From: Verrucomicrobiota bacterium
GTDB taxonomy: Bacteria > Verrucomicrobiota > Verrucomicrobiia > Limisphaerales > JACDHS01
Length of the DNA stretch: 64,000 bases
Direction of reading: 5' to 3'
Assembly (NCBI GenBank): GCA_013820875.1
Contig: JACDHS010000004.1
Location: forward strand, 20,563-84,562
The notes under the pieces were generated by a model that made no database searches, was not told where the DNA came from, and saw nothing but the letters and a program-made list of their open reading frames with translations. The position numbers and the translations under genes are program-made. Shown here in pieces: positions 49,069 to 58,531 of this stretch (the stretch's first letter is position 1; each line of letters opens with the position of its first letter).

Positions 49069-49833
49069 CTAATCAGCAGTAGCTTCGCTTTTTGCGAAGA
49101 TACGGTTGGCTTCCTCGAGGCTTTCTTTAGACCCGATGTCGTACCAGAGACCGGGAACTGTCCAGGTATAAAAAGGTGTGCGCGGATAGAGCCATTGGAC
49201 AAGGCGCCCCGGTTGATCGGGATTATTGCCTTCGGCGATGTATTGCTTAATCAGCGGCAGCGTATTCTTCGGATAGTAGTAAAGAGCGATGGCGCTCAAG
49301 GTGCTGGTTGGATCCTTTGGTTTTTCTTCGAAGAATGTGATGCGCCCTTCGCCGTCCACATTGATGGAATTATACTTTTTAACTTCATCAAGACTGCCGA
49401 CATCGTACACGCCGACAACGGGAGCATTTTTTTCCCGGCAAACGTTTCCAAAACCCTCCAGGGCTTCGCTAAACAAATTATCGCCAGCGACCACAATCAA
49501 ATCGTCATCCACATTTTCTTTGGTGATGACAAGGTGCAAATCGCCGATTGCCCCGAGTTTGTTGGTATCGTCGGTTGACTTATCATTGACGATAGTAAAA
49601 TCGAGCTTCGTCGCTTTGGTGGCGCGATAATTATCGGCCCATTTCTGGAAGTGATCGGCGAATTTGTTGTTGGTGACAACATAAACGCGGTCGATGCCGC
49701 CGATGGGCTCAATATTGTCGAGGACATACTCGATCATCGGCTTGCCCGCGACCGGCAGGAGCGGTTTCGGTTGGTTTTGGGTAAGGGGATAAAGGCGGGT
49801 AGCGTAGCCAGCGGCCAGGATCAAAACTTTCAT
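49069..49833 (-). CDS. Sugar-phosphate nucleotidyltransferase
   Basis: LAAGYATRLYPLT..PKPLL, WYDIG. Confidence 0.93.
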   Translation of the reverse strand: MKVLILAAGYATRLYPLTQNQPKPLLPVAGKPMIEYVLDNIEPIGGIDRVYVVTNNKFADHFQKWADNYRATKATKLDFTIVNDKSTDDTNKLGAIGDLHLVITKENVDDDLIVVAGDNLFSEALEGFGNVCREKNAPVVGVYDVGSLDEVKKYNSINVDGEGRITFFEEKPKDPTSTLSAIALYYYPKNTLPLIKQYIAEGNNPDQPGRLVQWLYPRTPFYTWTVPGLWYDIGSKESLEEANRIFAKSEATAD

Positions 49834-49840
49834 GGTCTCC

Positions 49841-51616
49841 TTAAATATTGTTTTCGAAAAGGCTCGGAGCGATTTCGCGGGCGAGAATTTGCGCCCTGGC
49901 TAAAATTTCCACACCGGAATCACATTGCAAGGCATAGTCCGCAAGTTTCCTGGCGTCCTCCATCTTGAGGCGCCGGATAAGAAACTTGATTTGGGGAACG
50001 GTCGGTGGAGCCACGCTAAGTTCGTCCACCCCCAACCCAAGTAATAATGGCACCAGCACCGGATCGCCAGCCATCTCACCGCAAACCCCGACCCAGATGC
50101 CGTTCTTGTGTGCGGCTTCCACCGTCATCCTTATGAGTTGCAGAATCGCTGGATGCGTTGGTTCGTAAAGATGGGCGATCTTTTCGTTTAAGCGATCGAC
50201 GGCGAGCGAGTATTGGATCAGGTCGTTGGTTCCGATGCTGAAAAATTTGGCGTGTTTGGCCAGAACATTGGATGCGACTGCGGCCGAGGGTATCTCGATC
50301 ATCGCACCAACTTCCATATCGGGATTGAACGGAACATTCTCGCACTTCAATTCCGCTTTGTATTCTTCCAGCAACGCATTGGCTTTATTCAACTCGTCCA
50401 GACAGGAGATCATCGGATACATCATCTTGATGTTTCCTTCGACACTGGCGCGGAGAATGGCGCGAAGTTGAACACGGAAAAGGTCTTTCTGTTGCAGGCA
50501 AAAGCGGATCGCCCGCCAGCCCAGAAAAGGATTCATCTCCTGCGGGATCTGGAGGTGAGAAAGAAATTTATCGCCGCCCAGGTCCAGAGTGCGGATGACG
50601 ACTGGCGCCGGTTTTAGTGCTGCTGCCACAGAACGATAGGCTGCATATTGTTCTTCTTCTGTCGGCAGAATCTCGCGGTTGATGAACAGGTATTCCGTGC
50701 GGAACAAGCCGACTCCTTCGGCGCCGCAAGCCTTCACTGCGACGGCATCGGTGGCCTGCTCGACATTCGCGGAAAGAATGATGTGTTTACCATCCAGCGT
50801 GACGGCGGGTTGATCGTGGATGCCCTTCAGGTGTTCCTGAAGATCAACCTGTTTGCGCTCAAGTTGCCCGTATTCGAAAAGGGTTTGGTCGCTGGGATCA
50901 AGAATGACTACTCCGTTGTAACCGTCGAGCAACGCATATTGGCCCGTTTCAAGGCGTTTGCTGAGATCCTGCAACCCCACCACAGCCGGGATCTGCATGG
51001 AGCGGGCCATGATCGCAGTGTGGGAAGTTTTGCTGCCGCCATCCGTGCCGAACCCAAGAACCATGTTACGGTCCAGCAATGCAGTTTGGGAGGGGACAAG
51101 GTCTTCAGCGATAATGATGCAAGGTTCTTTCAGGTGGCGAAAATCAATGCCATCGAGCCCCATTAAATTATTCAGAATCCGCTCCGAAACATCGCGAATA
51201 TCCGCCACGCGCTCGCGCAGGAAGTCATCTTCAATCTTGCTCAACGTTGCCGCATATTTTTGCGCAAATTCGGAGAAGGCATATTCCGAATTTACTTTTC
51301 CTGTTTGAATGGCTCGGGTGACTTCCTCGATCAACAACGGATCTTCGAGCACGAGCAGATGCGCATCGAAAATCGTGGCATGTTCCGCACCAACCCCTTC
51401 CTGGACCTGCCGTTGCACATCGAGGATCTGCCGGCGGGTTTCAGCGAGCGCGCGTTCGAGGCGTTCCATTTCTTTGGGAACCTGTTCGTCAGAAATGGAG
51501 TAATGCGGAATGGACGGCTTATTCTCCCGGAGAACGATGATCTTTCCGCGACAAACGCCTGCTGAAACGGGAATACCCTTGAAGCTCTTCTCTCCAGCTT
51601 TGACGTGCTCGCGCAT
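49841..51616 (-). CDS. ptsI: PTS enzyme I (PEP-protein phosphotransferase)
   Basis: TSHTAIMAR, GVGLFRTE, RTLDLGGDK, SIGTNDLIQY, CGEMA. Confidence 0.97.
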   Translation of the reverse strand: MREHVKAGEKSFKGIPVSAGVCRGKIIVLRENKPSIPHYSISDEQVPKEMERLERALAETRRQILDVQRQVQEGVGAEHATIFDAHLLVLEDPLLIEEVTRAIQTGKVNSEYAFSEFAQKYAATLSKIEDDFLRERVADIRDVSERILNNLMGLDGIDFRHLKEPCIIIAEDLVPSQTALLDRNMVLGFGTDGGSKTSHTAIMARSMQIPAVVGLQDLSKRLETGQYALLDGYNGVVILDPSDQTLFEYGQLERKQVDLQEHLKGIHDQPAVTLDGKHIILSANVEQATDAVAVKACGAEGVGLFRTEYLFINREILPTEEEQYAAYRSVAAALKPAPVVIRTLDLGGDKFLSHLQIPQEMNPFLGWRAIRFCLQQKDLFRVQLRAILRASVEGNIKMMYPMISCLDELNKANALLEEYKAELKCENVPFNPDMEVGAMIEIPSAAVASNVLAKHAKFFSIGTNDLIQYSLAVDRLNEKIAHLYEPTHPAILQLIRMTVEAAHKNGIWVGVCGEMAGDPVLVPLLLGLGVDELSVAPPTVPQIKFLIRRLKMEDARKLADYALQCDSGVEILARAQILAREIAPSLFENNI

Positions 51617-51887
51617 GAAAAATTGATTAAATCGGATTAACTGAGTTGAACACTAATTCTTCCGGCGCCAGCAGGCAATGCCGGAACAAGTCCAAATTAA
51701 AACTGTGACTCTTCTACACCCATGTGCAAATTAAAAGTTAGCGCAGCAATTCACCAGATCATCGAATAAAATGAGTGGCTATCCCATCAGAAACGCTGGA
51801 AATCATCATTTTGCCGACAGGTAAAGCCGCTACCAAAACCATTCGTTCCCCGATTGAAAGAGTGTCGCACTCTGCTATATGGAACTT

Positions 51888-52661
51888 ATGAAACGGGCAC
51901 TCATAATTTTCTTCGCGCTGACAGTTTTCAACAGCGCCCACGCGGAAGTTCAATTCAAGACAGTGGAATACAAGCAAGGTGACGCCGTTTTGGAAGGGCT
52001 CCATGTGTATGACGATGTTGCCACAGGCAAACGCCCGGGGGTGCTCGTTGTCCATCAATGGAAAGGGTTGGGCGATTACGAAAAGAAACGCGCCGAGATG
52101 CTGGCGAAGCTCGGATACAACGTTTTCGCAGCCGATATTTATGGAAAAGGGATCCGTCCGAAAGAAACAAAAGATGCCGCTGCCCAGGCTGGTAAATTCA
52201 AGAAAGATCCCGACCTGATGCGCGAACGAGTGAACGCTGCTTTCGAAGTGTTGCAGAAACATGCACTGACCGATTCCAGGCGAACGGCGGCAATTGGATA
52301 TTGTTTCGGCGGCACTGTGGTCCTGGAACTTGCCCGGAGCGGTGCTGATGCAAATGGTGTGGTGTCATTTCACGGAGGTCTGGGCACTTCGCAGCCTGCC
52401 GGTGAAGGCATGAAAGCAGAAATACTCGCTCTGCACGGTGCTGACGATCCGCATGTGCCTGTAGAAGAGGTCACAGCCTTTGCCAAAGAAATGCGGGAGG
52501 GAAAGGCTGACTGGCAATTGATCGCTTACGGAAACGCCGTTCATTCCTTTACCGATTGGAACGCTGGCAATGACAATTCCAAAGGCTCAGCCTACAACGA
52601 AAAAGCCGACAAACGTTCATGGGAAGCGATGAAGCTGTTTTTCGCGGAGTTGTTCAAGTGA
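51888..52661 (+). CDS. Dienelactone hydrolase family protein, secreted
   Basis: GYCFGG, HGADD, AVHSFT. Confidence 0.93.
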   Translation: MKRALIIFFALTVFNSAHAEVQFKTVEYKQGDAVLEGLHVYDDVATGKRPGVLVVHQWKGLGDYEKKRAEMLAKLGYNVFAADIYGKGIRPKETKDAAAQAGKFKKDPDLMRERVNAAFEVLQKHALTDSRRTAAIGYCFGGTVVLELARSGADANGVVSFHGGLGTSQPAGEGMKAEILALHGADDPHVPVEEVTAFAKEMREGKADWQLIAYGNAVHSFTDWNAGNDNSKGSAYNEKADKRSWEAMKLFFAELFK

Positions 52662-52754
52662 TGTGAGTGCATATTGCTGACAGGGCAATGCGATGTAATG
52701 TTTGAAAGCTATGTGCGCCTCGCCGCGCGCAGTCGAAAAACTCGGGAAAACCAC

Positions 52755-52783
52755 TTGCGCCATGTTGTAAACATCGTTAGTTT
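52755..52783 (+). promoter_or_regulatory. Sigma-70-type promoter of tRNA-Lys
   Basis: TTGCGC-17 bp-TAGTTT followed by GC-rich discriminator CGCCGCGC. Confidence 0.55.
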
Positions 52784-52823
52784 TCGCCGCGCTTTGACCC
52801 GAAAAGGTCTAAGTTCCTCAAGT

Positions 52824-52899
52824 GGGCTGGTAGCTCAGTTGGTAGAGCAGTGCCCTTTTAAGGCATTTGTCCAGGGTTCGAGTCCCTGCCAGCCCACCA
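52824..52899 (+). tRNA. tRNA-Lys(UUU)
   Basis: 76-nt cloverleaf: GGGCTGG/CCAGCCC acceptor stem, loop CT-TTT-AA, TTCGAGT T-loop, encoded CCA. Confidence 0.97.
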
Positions 52900-52912
52900 T
52901 TTCTTTTTCCGT

Positions 52913-53158
52913 ATGGCTTGGGTTTACATATTGCGAGGCACTCGTGGACGATATTATATCGGCGCGACGGACAATTTTGATCGTCGATTTGCTGAACATT
53001 GCAACGGAAAAGTCCACACCACCGCACGCTTGGGATTCCCTCTGGAAATTGTGTGCAAACGCGAATTGCCGTCTTTCTCGGATGCTTTGGTCCTCGAACG
53101 GGAGTTGAAGAAATTAAAGAATCCAAGATTCGCAATCTCTCGGTTGCAATCTGGTTGA
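52913..53158 (+). CDS. Small GIY-YIG nuclease family protein
   Basis: WVYIL...YYIGAT...RR..EH...ALVLERELK. Confidence 0.9.
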   Translation: MAWVYILRGTRGRYYIGATDNFDRRFAEHCNGKVHTTARLGFPLEIVCKRELPSFSDALVLERELKKLKNPRFAISRLQSG

Positions 53159-53162
53159 CGTT

Positions 53163-53235
53163 GTTGGTAGAGCAGCCCCGATTTTCGGGGTTTGTCCAGG
53201 GTTCGAGTCCCTGCCAGCCCACCATTTCTTTTTCC
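53163..53235 (+). pseudogene. Partial tRNA-Lys duplicate with rewritten anticodon arm
   Basis: Identical to 52838-52910 except the 15-nt anticodon arm; lacks the 5' acceptor strand. Confidence 0.9.
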
Positions 53236-53288
53236 ATGACGGTGGTTTACAACGAAGATTGCCATCAGGTGCCGCCTGGATGTCGAGT

Positions 53289-56200
53289 TCAGTCTTCTGT
53301 TCGCGTTCGGTAGTATTGGTGAGGCAAACTTTCGAGGCGGGGATCACTGAAGTGCCTCGGTGCATTGGTAAATGTATTCGTCAGAAGCGGAATCCAATCG
53401 AGCAGGTCGCTGGAGCCTTCCAGAATGAATGTTTGCCCTGAGACGCCCTCGATGCTGAAGCCGAATCCATTCGTTCCGAAACCAAATTGGCCATCGTTCA
53501 AAAGGATCAGCGGCGGAGTTGCTGCCGTTTGAAGAACCTCCTCCAGGAACCAACTGGACGAGTTCCCGTTGATAAACCCACGCGCACGGAGCATGGCACC
53601 GGGCGAACTCGATACACCGCTCCACTGCCAACCGCCCGGAATCCGTGTTCCTGTTCCCACACTGGTCCATACCGCTTGATCAGAAGAAATTTCCAAAGTG
53701 GCTGCTTCAACTTCAGAGCTAATTCCACCTCGCAGCCACTGGATTTCCGAATCATTGCGGCTCAGACTATGAACGGGCGGAGCTGTGTAGCTAAGCCGTC
53801 CAATGTTTTTGCGTGCTCGTCCGTATAAGGTTGTGAAGCTGCCACCAACGAGAGTTTTTCCATCGGCCTGAATGGCCAGAGAGAACACTGCCGAGTTGGT
53901 TCCAGCCACATCCATGTCGAAGGCGGTATCCAAACTGCCATCGCTATTAATACGTCCCAGTCCGTTTCGAGATCCTCCGGCCAGATTGGAAAACGCTCCT
54001 CCCACTAAGATTTTTCCATCTGCTTGCGCAACCAACGCACGGACGTAAGAATTGGGCTTCGGAGCAAAGGCAGTATCCAGAATACCGTCGGAATTGAACC
54101 TTACGAGGTATGATAGAGCTGAGTTGCCATTGTAGCTGAAGAGTCCACCGACAATCACCGCGCCGTCTGGCTGGAGTGCTAATGTGAACACCCACTGGTC
54201 CGATGATGACGAGCCCCATGTGTATATGTGGTCAAGGTTGCCACTGGAATCGAACCGGACTAGATGATGAGTTGGACCCAGGTTGCTCGGAAGGAAGCGA
54301 CCTCCGGCAATGATTTTTCCGTCCGTTTGAACCTGCATCGACTCCACTGCGGATAGATAGGTAAGAAAATATGGACTGGACCGGCTAAAAGAAGAATCCC
54401 AACTGCCATCCGAATTCAGGCGAATCAAAGGATAGACAGGCACTGGAGGTGTGGAATTCGGAGCATAGCCTACTAGAATTTTTCCATCAGGCTGAAGCGC
54501 CAGGCAGGAAACAGTCCCGTCAATATACGGAGCATAAGACTGATCGAGAGTGCCATCTGCATTCAAACGGCCGATAGACGTGCGCGTCTGCCCCGCCAAA
54601 TTCGTGAACGAGCCTCCCACCACGATTTTCCCATCGGTTTGCACAGCCAGAGCGCGGACGCCGCCGCCACTCACGCTCACATTGAAACTATCGTCACGCC
54701 TGCCGTCGGAATGAACGCGGGCGACACGGTTGCCGGGTGAGTTGGTGAAGTTGCCACCCATCACGATTTTACCGTCGGGTTGTATGGCCAAAGCATTGAC
54801 GGAACCGTCTGCGTCTGGATTAAAACTATCCGCATACCTGGGCCAGACATGAATGGTTTGACTTTGCATACTGCCGAGGGAATTCGTGACCACTACATGG
54901 TATGTGTCTCCGGTTGGCAAAGGTGCAGACACGTTGAGAGAGAAATTCGTCGCACTGCTTATAAGCACTCCGTTTTTGTACCATTGGTATGACAAAGGAC
55001 CGCTACCTGTTGCGGTGACACTAATAGTAGCGCCAGCCGTTATGGGTATCCAAAGGTCTCCCGTTTGAGCGGTGATCACTGGCGAACCAACCGAACTCTC
55101 GAGCACACTGGCAGAACCGTTATTATAGCCACCAAGCACAACGGCTCGGGCCCGAAGGGTGGCCGAAGAAGGAATATCAACACCTGTTGCTCGCCATCCC
55201 CCTGCAATTCGTTCGGCCGCAGGCAGGGCTGACCAGGAGGCACCGCTCCAATATTCAAAGCTGACCCGGTTTGCCTCTGGACTACTGCCGCCACGCAACC
55301 AGGTGATGGTTGAATTCTCAAGGGCAAGTGTTTCAGTGACTCTCGATGAACTGTTCAGACGCCCAATGTTTGAGCGCGATATTCCCCACAAATTTCCGAA
55401 AATGCCGCCTGCAAATACTTTTCCATCTTTACGTGGAGCCAAGCAGTGTATGTCGCCCGTGAAACTTGGATTGAAAATGGCGTCCACCGTTCCATCTGGA
55501 TGCAATTGGGCAACCCCCATATGAGTTTGTCCTCCCAAGGTGCCGAATGCACCAGCCAACAGAATCCTTCCATCTGCCTGGAGAATAATCGAACGAACCG
55601 TGTTGTTTGCTTCGGGCCGAAATGCCAGATCCAGAGAGCCGTTTACGTTGAGTCGGCCAATTCGTTGGCATGACTGTCCTCCCAGCGTGGTGAAATGGCC
55701 GCCGACAAGAATTCTCCCATCTTTCTGCACGACAATTGATCGAACCTCGCCATTGGCATTCGGGTTGAAGCTTCCGTCCAGTGAACCGTCTGAGTTGAGG
55801 CGGCCAATTCGCTGGCGTGACTGCCCGCCGAGGTTGCTGAACTGTCCACCGACCAGGATTCGTCCATCAGGCTGCAAAGCAATGCAGTTTACAATTGTGC
55901 CGAAGTTCATTACAGGATTGAAAGCGGCATCCAACGAACCATCCGCATTAAGGCGTCCGATCCCCTTTCTGGCCTGACCGGTGAGAGTTGCGAAGGAGCC
56001 TCCAACGAGGATCTTGCCGTCCGATTGCACGACACAAACATTCACGTTGCCATCTGCTCCTGGATTGAATTCCGTATCAAGGCTGCCGTCAGCATTCAAC
56101 CTTCCAATCCGGCTCCTTGATTGCCCCGCCAAAGTTGTAAACGCGCCTCCCACCAGGATCTTCTCATCTGGTTGAACGTTCAGGCAAAATACGCTGTTGT

Positions 56201-58022
56201 TGGCTCCTGGGTTGAAAGTTGTATCCAACGCGTCATCGGGACGAAATCGACCTATGAAATTTCGCTGTGAACTGGCGAGCACTGTGAATTGTCCACCGAC
56301 CAGGAGACCGCCGCCCGGTTGCAACGCCATTGCATAAACGCCTGAGTTGGCTCCGGGATTGAATGAGTCAGCTCCGAAAGAACTCAAGAGCGCTGGTTGA
56401 CTTCGGATGCTGCCAAGTGAGCTGCTTACCAACACTTCGAACGCATTCGCCGCGTTCTGAGCGCTTGGTGGGCTTGCCGTCCAAAATGAGCGTGTTGCAC
56501 CGGCCAAAGCCGCTCCGTCTCTGAACCACTGATACGAAAAGGGACCGGTTCCGACAGGTGCCACGTTGAATCGCACTTGAGCAGTGGTTCCCACAAATCG
56601 GTCACTGGGCTGGCTGCTCAGAGCGGGTGAACCAATCCCACTCTCGACGAACCATTCGGATCCACTGCCGTAGCCACCCCGCAAATAAGCCCGGGCTCGA
56701 ATCGTAGCATTGGACGGCAGGGCAAGACCGGTTAATTGCCATCCACCTGACACTCGTTCAGGAACAGAAAGATCAAGCCAATCCAGACCATTCGTGGAGT
56801 AAGCAAGGGAGGCACTGCTTGCTTCCGGGCTGCTGCCACCGCGCTGCCAGGAGATTGTAGAACCCTCTAAAGTGAGGCTTTGAACCGCAGGCAAATTATT
56901 GTTCAATCGTGCGATCCGACTTCGAGATGAGCCTCCAATTGAAGTGAAATTGCCACCTGCCAATAGTTTTCCGTCCGCCTGAAGCGCGAGGCAATAGACC
57001 GCAGCGGAGGCACTTGGATCGAAGGTGTCCAGAGTGCCATCCAGATTCAACCGCACTATATTCGAGCGTGACTGACCGCTGACACTATCGAAGCTACCGC
57101 CTGCCAGAATCATGCCGTTCGCCTGCACGGCGAATGTGCGAACATCGCCGTTTATTTCCGGATGGAAGTCGGCGTCAATGGATCCGTCGGTGTTCAGGCG
57201 ACCGATATGTAATCGTGTAAGGCCTCCAAGAGTATTGAATTTGCCGCCTGCGAGAATTTTCCCGTCTGCTTGCAAGGCGAGGCAGTATACCGCCTCGTCG
57301 GCTTCTGAATCAAAATCGTCGTCGAGTGAGCCATCTGGATGGAAGCGCGCGATCTTGTTCCGCCCGCCCTGGGCGCTCGTAAAGTTTCCGCCTGCGATAA
57401 TCTTTCCGTCTGGCTGCAGGGCCAGTGAATAGACGGAGTCGTTGATTGCGGGACTAAAGCTTTCGTCGAGCGAGCCATCTTCGTTGAGGCGTCCAAGATA
57501 GGCGCGCGCCACGCCCGAGAGCGTTGTGAACGAGCCACCCACGAGGATCTTTCCGTCAGGTTGTGTCGCCATGACATAAACGTTTGTGTCCGCTCCGGAA
57601 TTAAAGAAAGGATCCAGGCTGCCATCCGCATTCAGTCTGGCGATACGACTGCGGCTTTTGCTTGTAAGGTTTGTGAAAGCACCGCCAACAAGAATTTTTC
57701 CGTCAGGCTGCACACTGAGACAATAGACAGGAGTGCTGGCTGGGCTGGTTATTCCCGGGCTGAAAGTTGTGTCGAGCGAATCGTAACCATAATCGAAATG
57801 AAACCGCCCGAGCCCATTACGGGTCGAACCTGCCAGACTTCCAAAAGCTCCGCCAACCAACAAGTTGCCATCCGCTTGCACTGCGAAGGCATAAACCGTG
57901 TTGCCTGCTCCTGGATTAAAACTGTCAGCAGTTTGGGAATGAAGTGGCGCAGCGAAGCTGAACACGAAGAGCATTATAAGACAAAATGCTGAATTAATTC
58001 TAAAGTGATGGACTGGTTGCAT
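53289..58022 (-). CDS. Large secreted delta-60 repeat / Ig-like domain protein (start reassigned to ATG at 58022)
   Basis: Many QPDGKILVGG.F...RLN.DGSLD.FNP repeats in three blocks; GPxSYQW Ig-like domains; LEGSSDLLDW C-terminal domain. Confidence 0.92.
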   Translation of the reverse strand: MQPVHHFRINSAFCLIMLFVFSFAAPLHSQTADSFNPGAGNTVYAFAVQADGNLLVGGAFGSLAGSTRNGLGRFHFDYGYDSLDTTFSPGITSPASTPVYCLSVQPDGKILVGGAFTNLTSKSRSRIARLNADGSLDPFFNSGADTNVYVMATQPDGKILVGGSFTTLSGVARAYLGRLNEDGSLDESFSPAINDSVYSLALQPDGKIIAGGNFTSAQGGRNKIARFHPDGSLDDDFDSEADEAVYCLALQADGKILAGGKFNTLGGLTRLHIGRLNTDGSIDADFHPEINGDVRTFAVQANGMILAGGSFDSVSGQSRSNIVRLNLDGTLDTFDPSASAAVYCLALQADGKLLAGGNFTSIGGSSRSRIARLNNNLPAVQSLTLEGSTISWQRGGSSPEASSASLAYSTNGLDWLDLSVPERVSGGWQLTGLALPSNATIRARAYLRGGYGSGSEWFVESGIGSPALSSQPSDRFVGTTAQVRFNVAPVGTGPFSYQWFRDGAALAGATRSFWTASPPSAQNAANAFEVLVSSSLGSIRSQPALLSSFGADSFNPGANSGVYAMALQPGGGLLVGGQFTVLASSQRNFIGRFRPDDALDTTFNPGANNSVFCLNVQPDEKILVGGAFTTLAGQSRSRIGRLNADGSLDTEFNPGADGNVNVCVVQSDGKILVGGSFATLTGQARKGIGRLNADGSLDAAFNPVMNFGTIVNCIALQPDGRILVGGQFSNLGGQSRQRIGRLNSDGSLDGSFNPNANGEVRSIVVQKDGRILVGGHFTTLGGQSCQRIGRLNVNGSLDLAFRPEANNTVRSIILQADGRILLAGAFGTLGGQTHMGVAQLHPDGTVDAIFNPSFTGDIHCLAPRKDGKVFAGGIFGNLWGISRSNIGRLNSSSRVTETLALENSTITWLRGGSSPEANRVSFEYWSGASWSALPAAERIAGGWRATGVDIPSSATLRARAVVLGGYNNGSASVLESSVGSPVITAQTGDLWIPITAGATISVTATGSGPLSYQWYKNGVLISSATNFSLNVSAPLPTGDTYHVVVTNSLGSMQSQTIHVWPRYADSFNPDADGSVNALAIQPDGKIVMGGNFTNSPGNRVARVHSDGRRDDSFNVSVSGGGVRALAVQTDGKIVVGGSFTNLAGQTRTSIGRLNADGTLDQSYAPYIDGTVSCLALQPDGKILVGYAPNSTPPVPVYPLIRLNSDGSWDSSFSRSSPYFLTYLSAVESMQVQTDGKIIAGGRFLPSNLGPTHHLVRFDSSGNLDHIYTWGSSSSDQWVFTLALQPDGAVIVGGLFSYNGNSALSYLVRFNSDGILDTAFAPKPNSYVRALVAQADGKILVGGAFSNLAGGSRNGLGRINSDGSLDTAFDMDVAGTNSAVFSLAIQADGKTLVGGSFTTLYGRARKNIGRLSYTAPPVHSLSRNDSEIQWLRGGISSEVEAATLEISSDQAVWTSVGTGTRIPGGWQWSGVSSSPGAMLRARGFINGNSSSWFLEEVLQTAATPPLILLNDGQFGFGTNGFGFSIEGVSGQTFILEGSSDLLDWIPLLTNTFTNAPRHFSDPRLESLPHQYYRTRTED

Positions 58023-58168
58023 AGTGGATTCCCTGCTTTTGAAAACTGAAGTCCAGAGCTTTGAAAGGCAAGGCCGAACCGGCGCAAAAACCCGACTTAT
58101 CGGCGGGGCTCGGCATCTTACTCCATGGAGAAATTCACATTCAGATAGGCCGTTGCAAATGGCCGGAT

Positions 58169-58531
58169 TTACATGATGAAAACCTGCTTGCCACTCCGGA
58201 CAGATTGCAAGGTGGCGCGGTTGGACTTTAGGATTTGAATGGCCGTTTCGTTGGGAAGTTGAAACTGGTTCAAGCTGTAGCTGACCAGGGTATCGCCGTT
58301 CTGCGCTGTTACACACGCTGTATCTTCCACCTCCACTCCCTCCAAGGCTTGATGCCTGGCCGCACAGAAACCTTTGCCTGTGGGACCGACGATCCATTCG
58401 ACTGCATTGACCAGATGAGTCAGCGCATCCTGGATCAAGCCGCCGCCGGTTTCATGGTTGTTGTAATAGACGTCGCGGTAAGCCGGGCGAAGGCCGGGAT
58501 CCCAGGCGTGGCTGTGAACATCAACGATCAT
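58169..58531 (-). pseudogene. Chimeric remnant: amidohydrolase N-terminus joined to Gfo/Idh/MocA oxidoreductase fragments
   Basis: MIVDVHSHAW then GGGLIQDALTHLVN...EVEDT; no Rossmann N-terminus. Confidence 0.7.

Noticed and set aside
52900-58170. Prophage or integrative element at tRNA-Lys
   Set aside because: No integrase or phage genes; the tRNA repeat encloses only the GIY-YIG gene
58023-58397. N-terminal extension of the delta-60 ORF (1702-aa call)
   Set aside because: Overlaps the oxidoreductase remnant in another frame; the signal peptide follows the ATG at 58022
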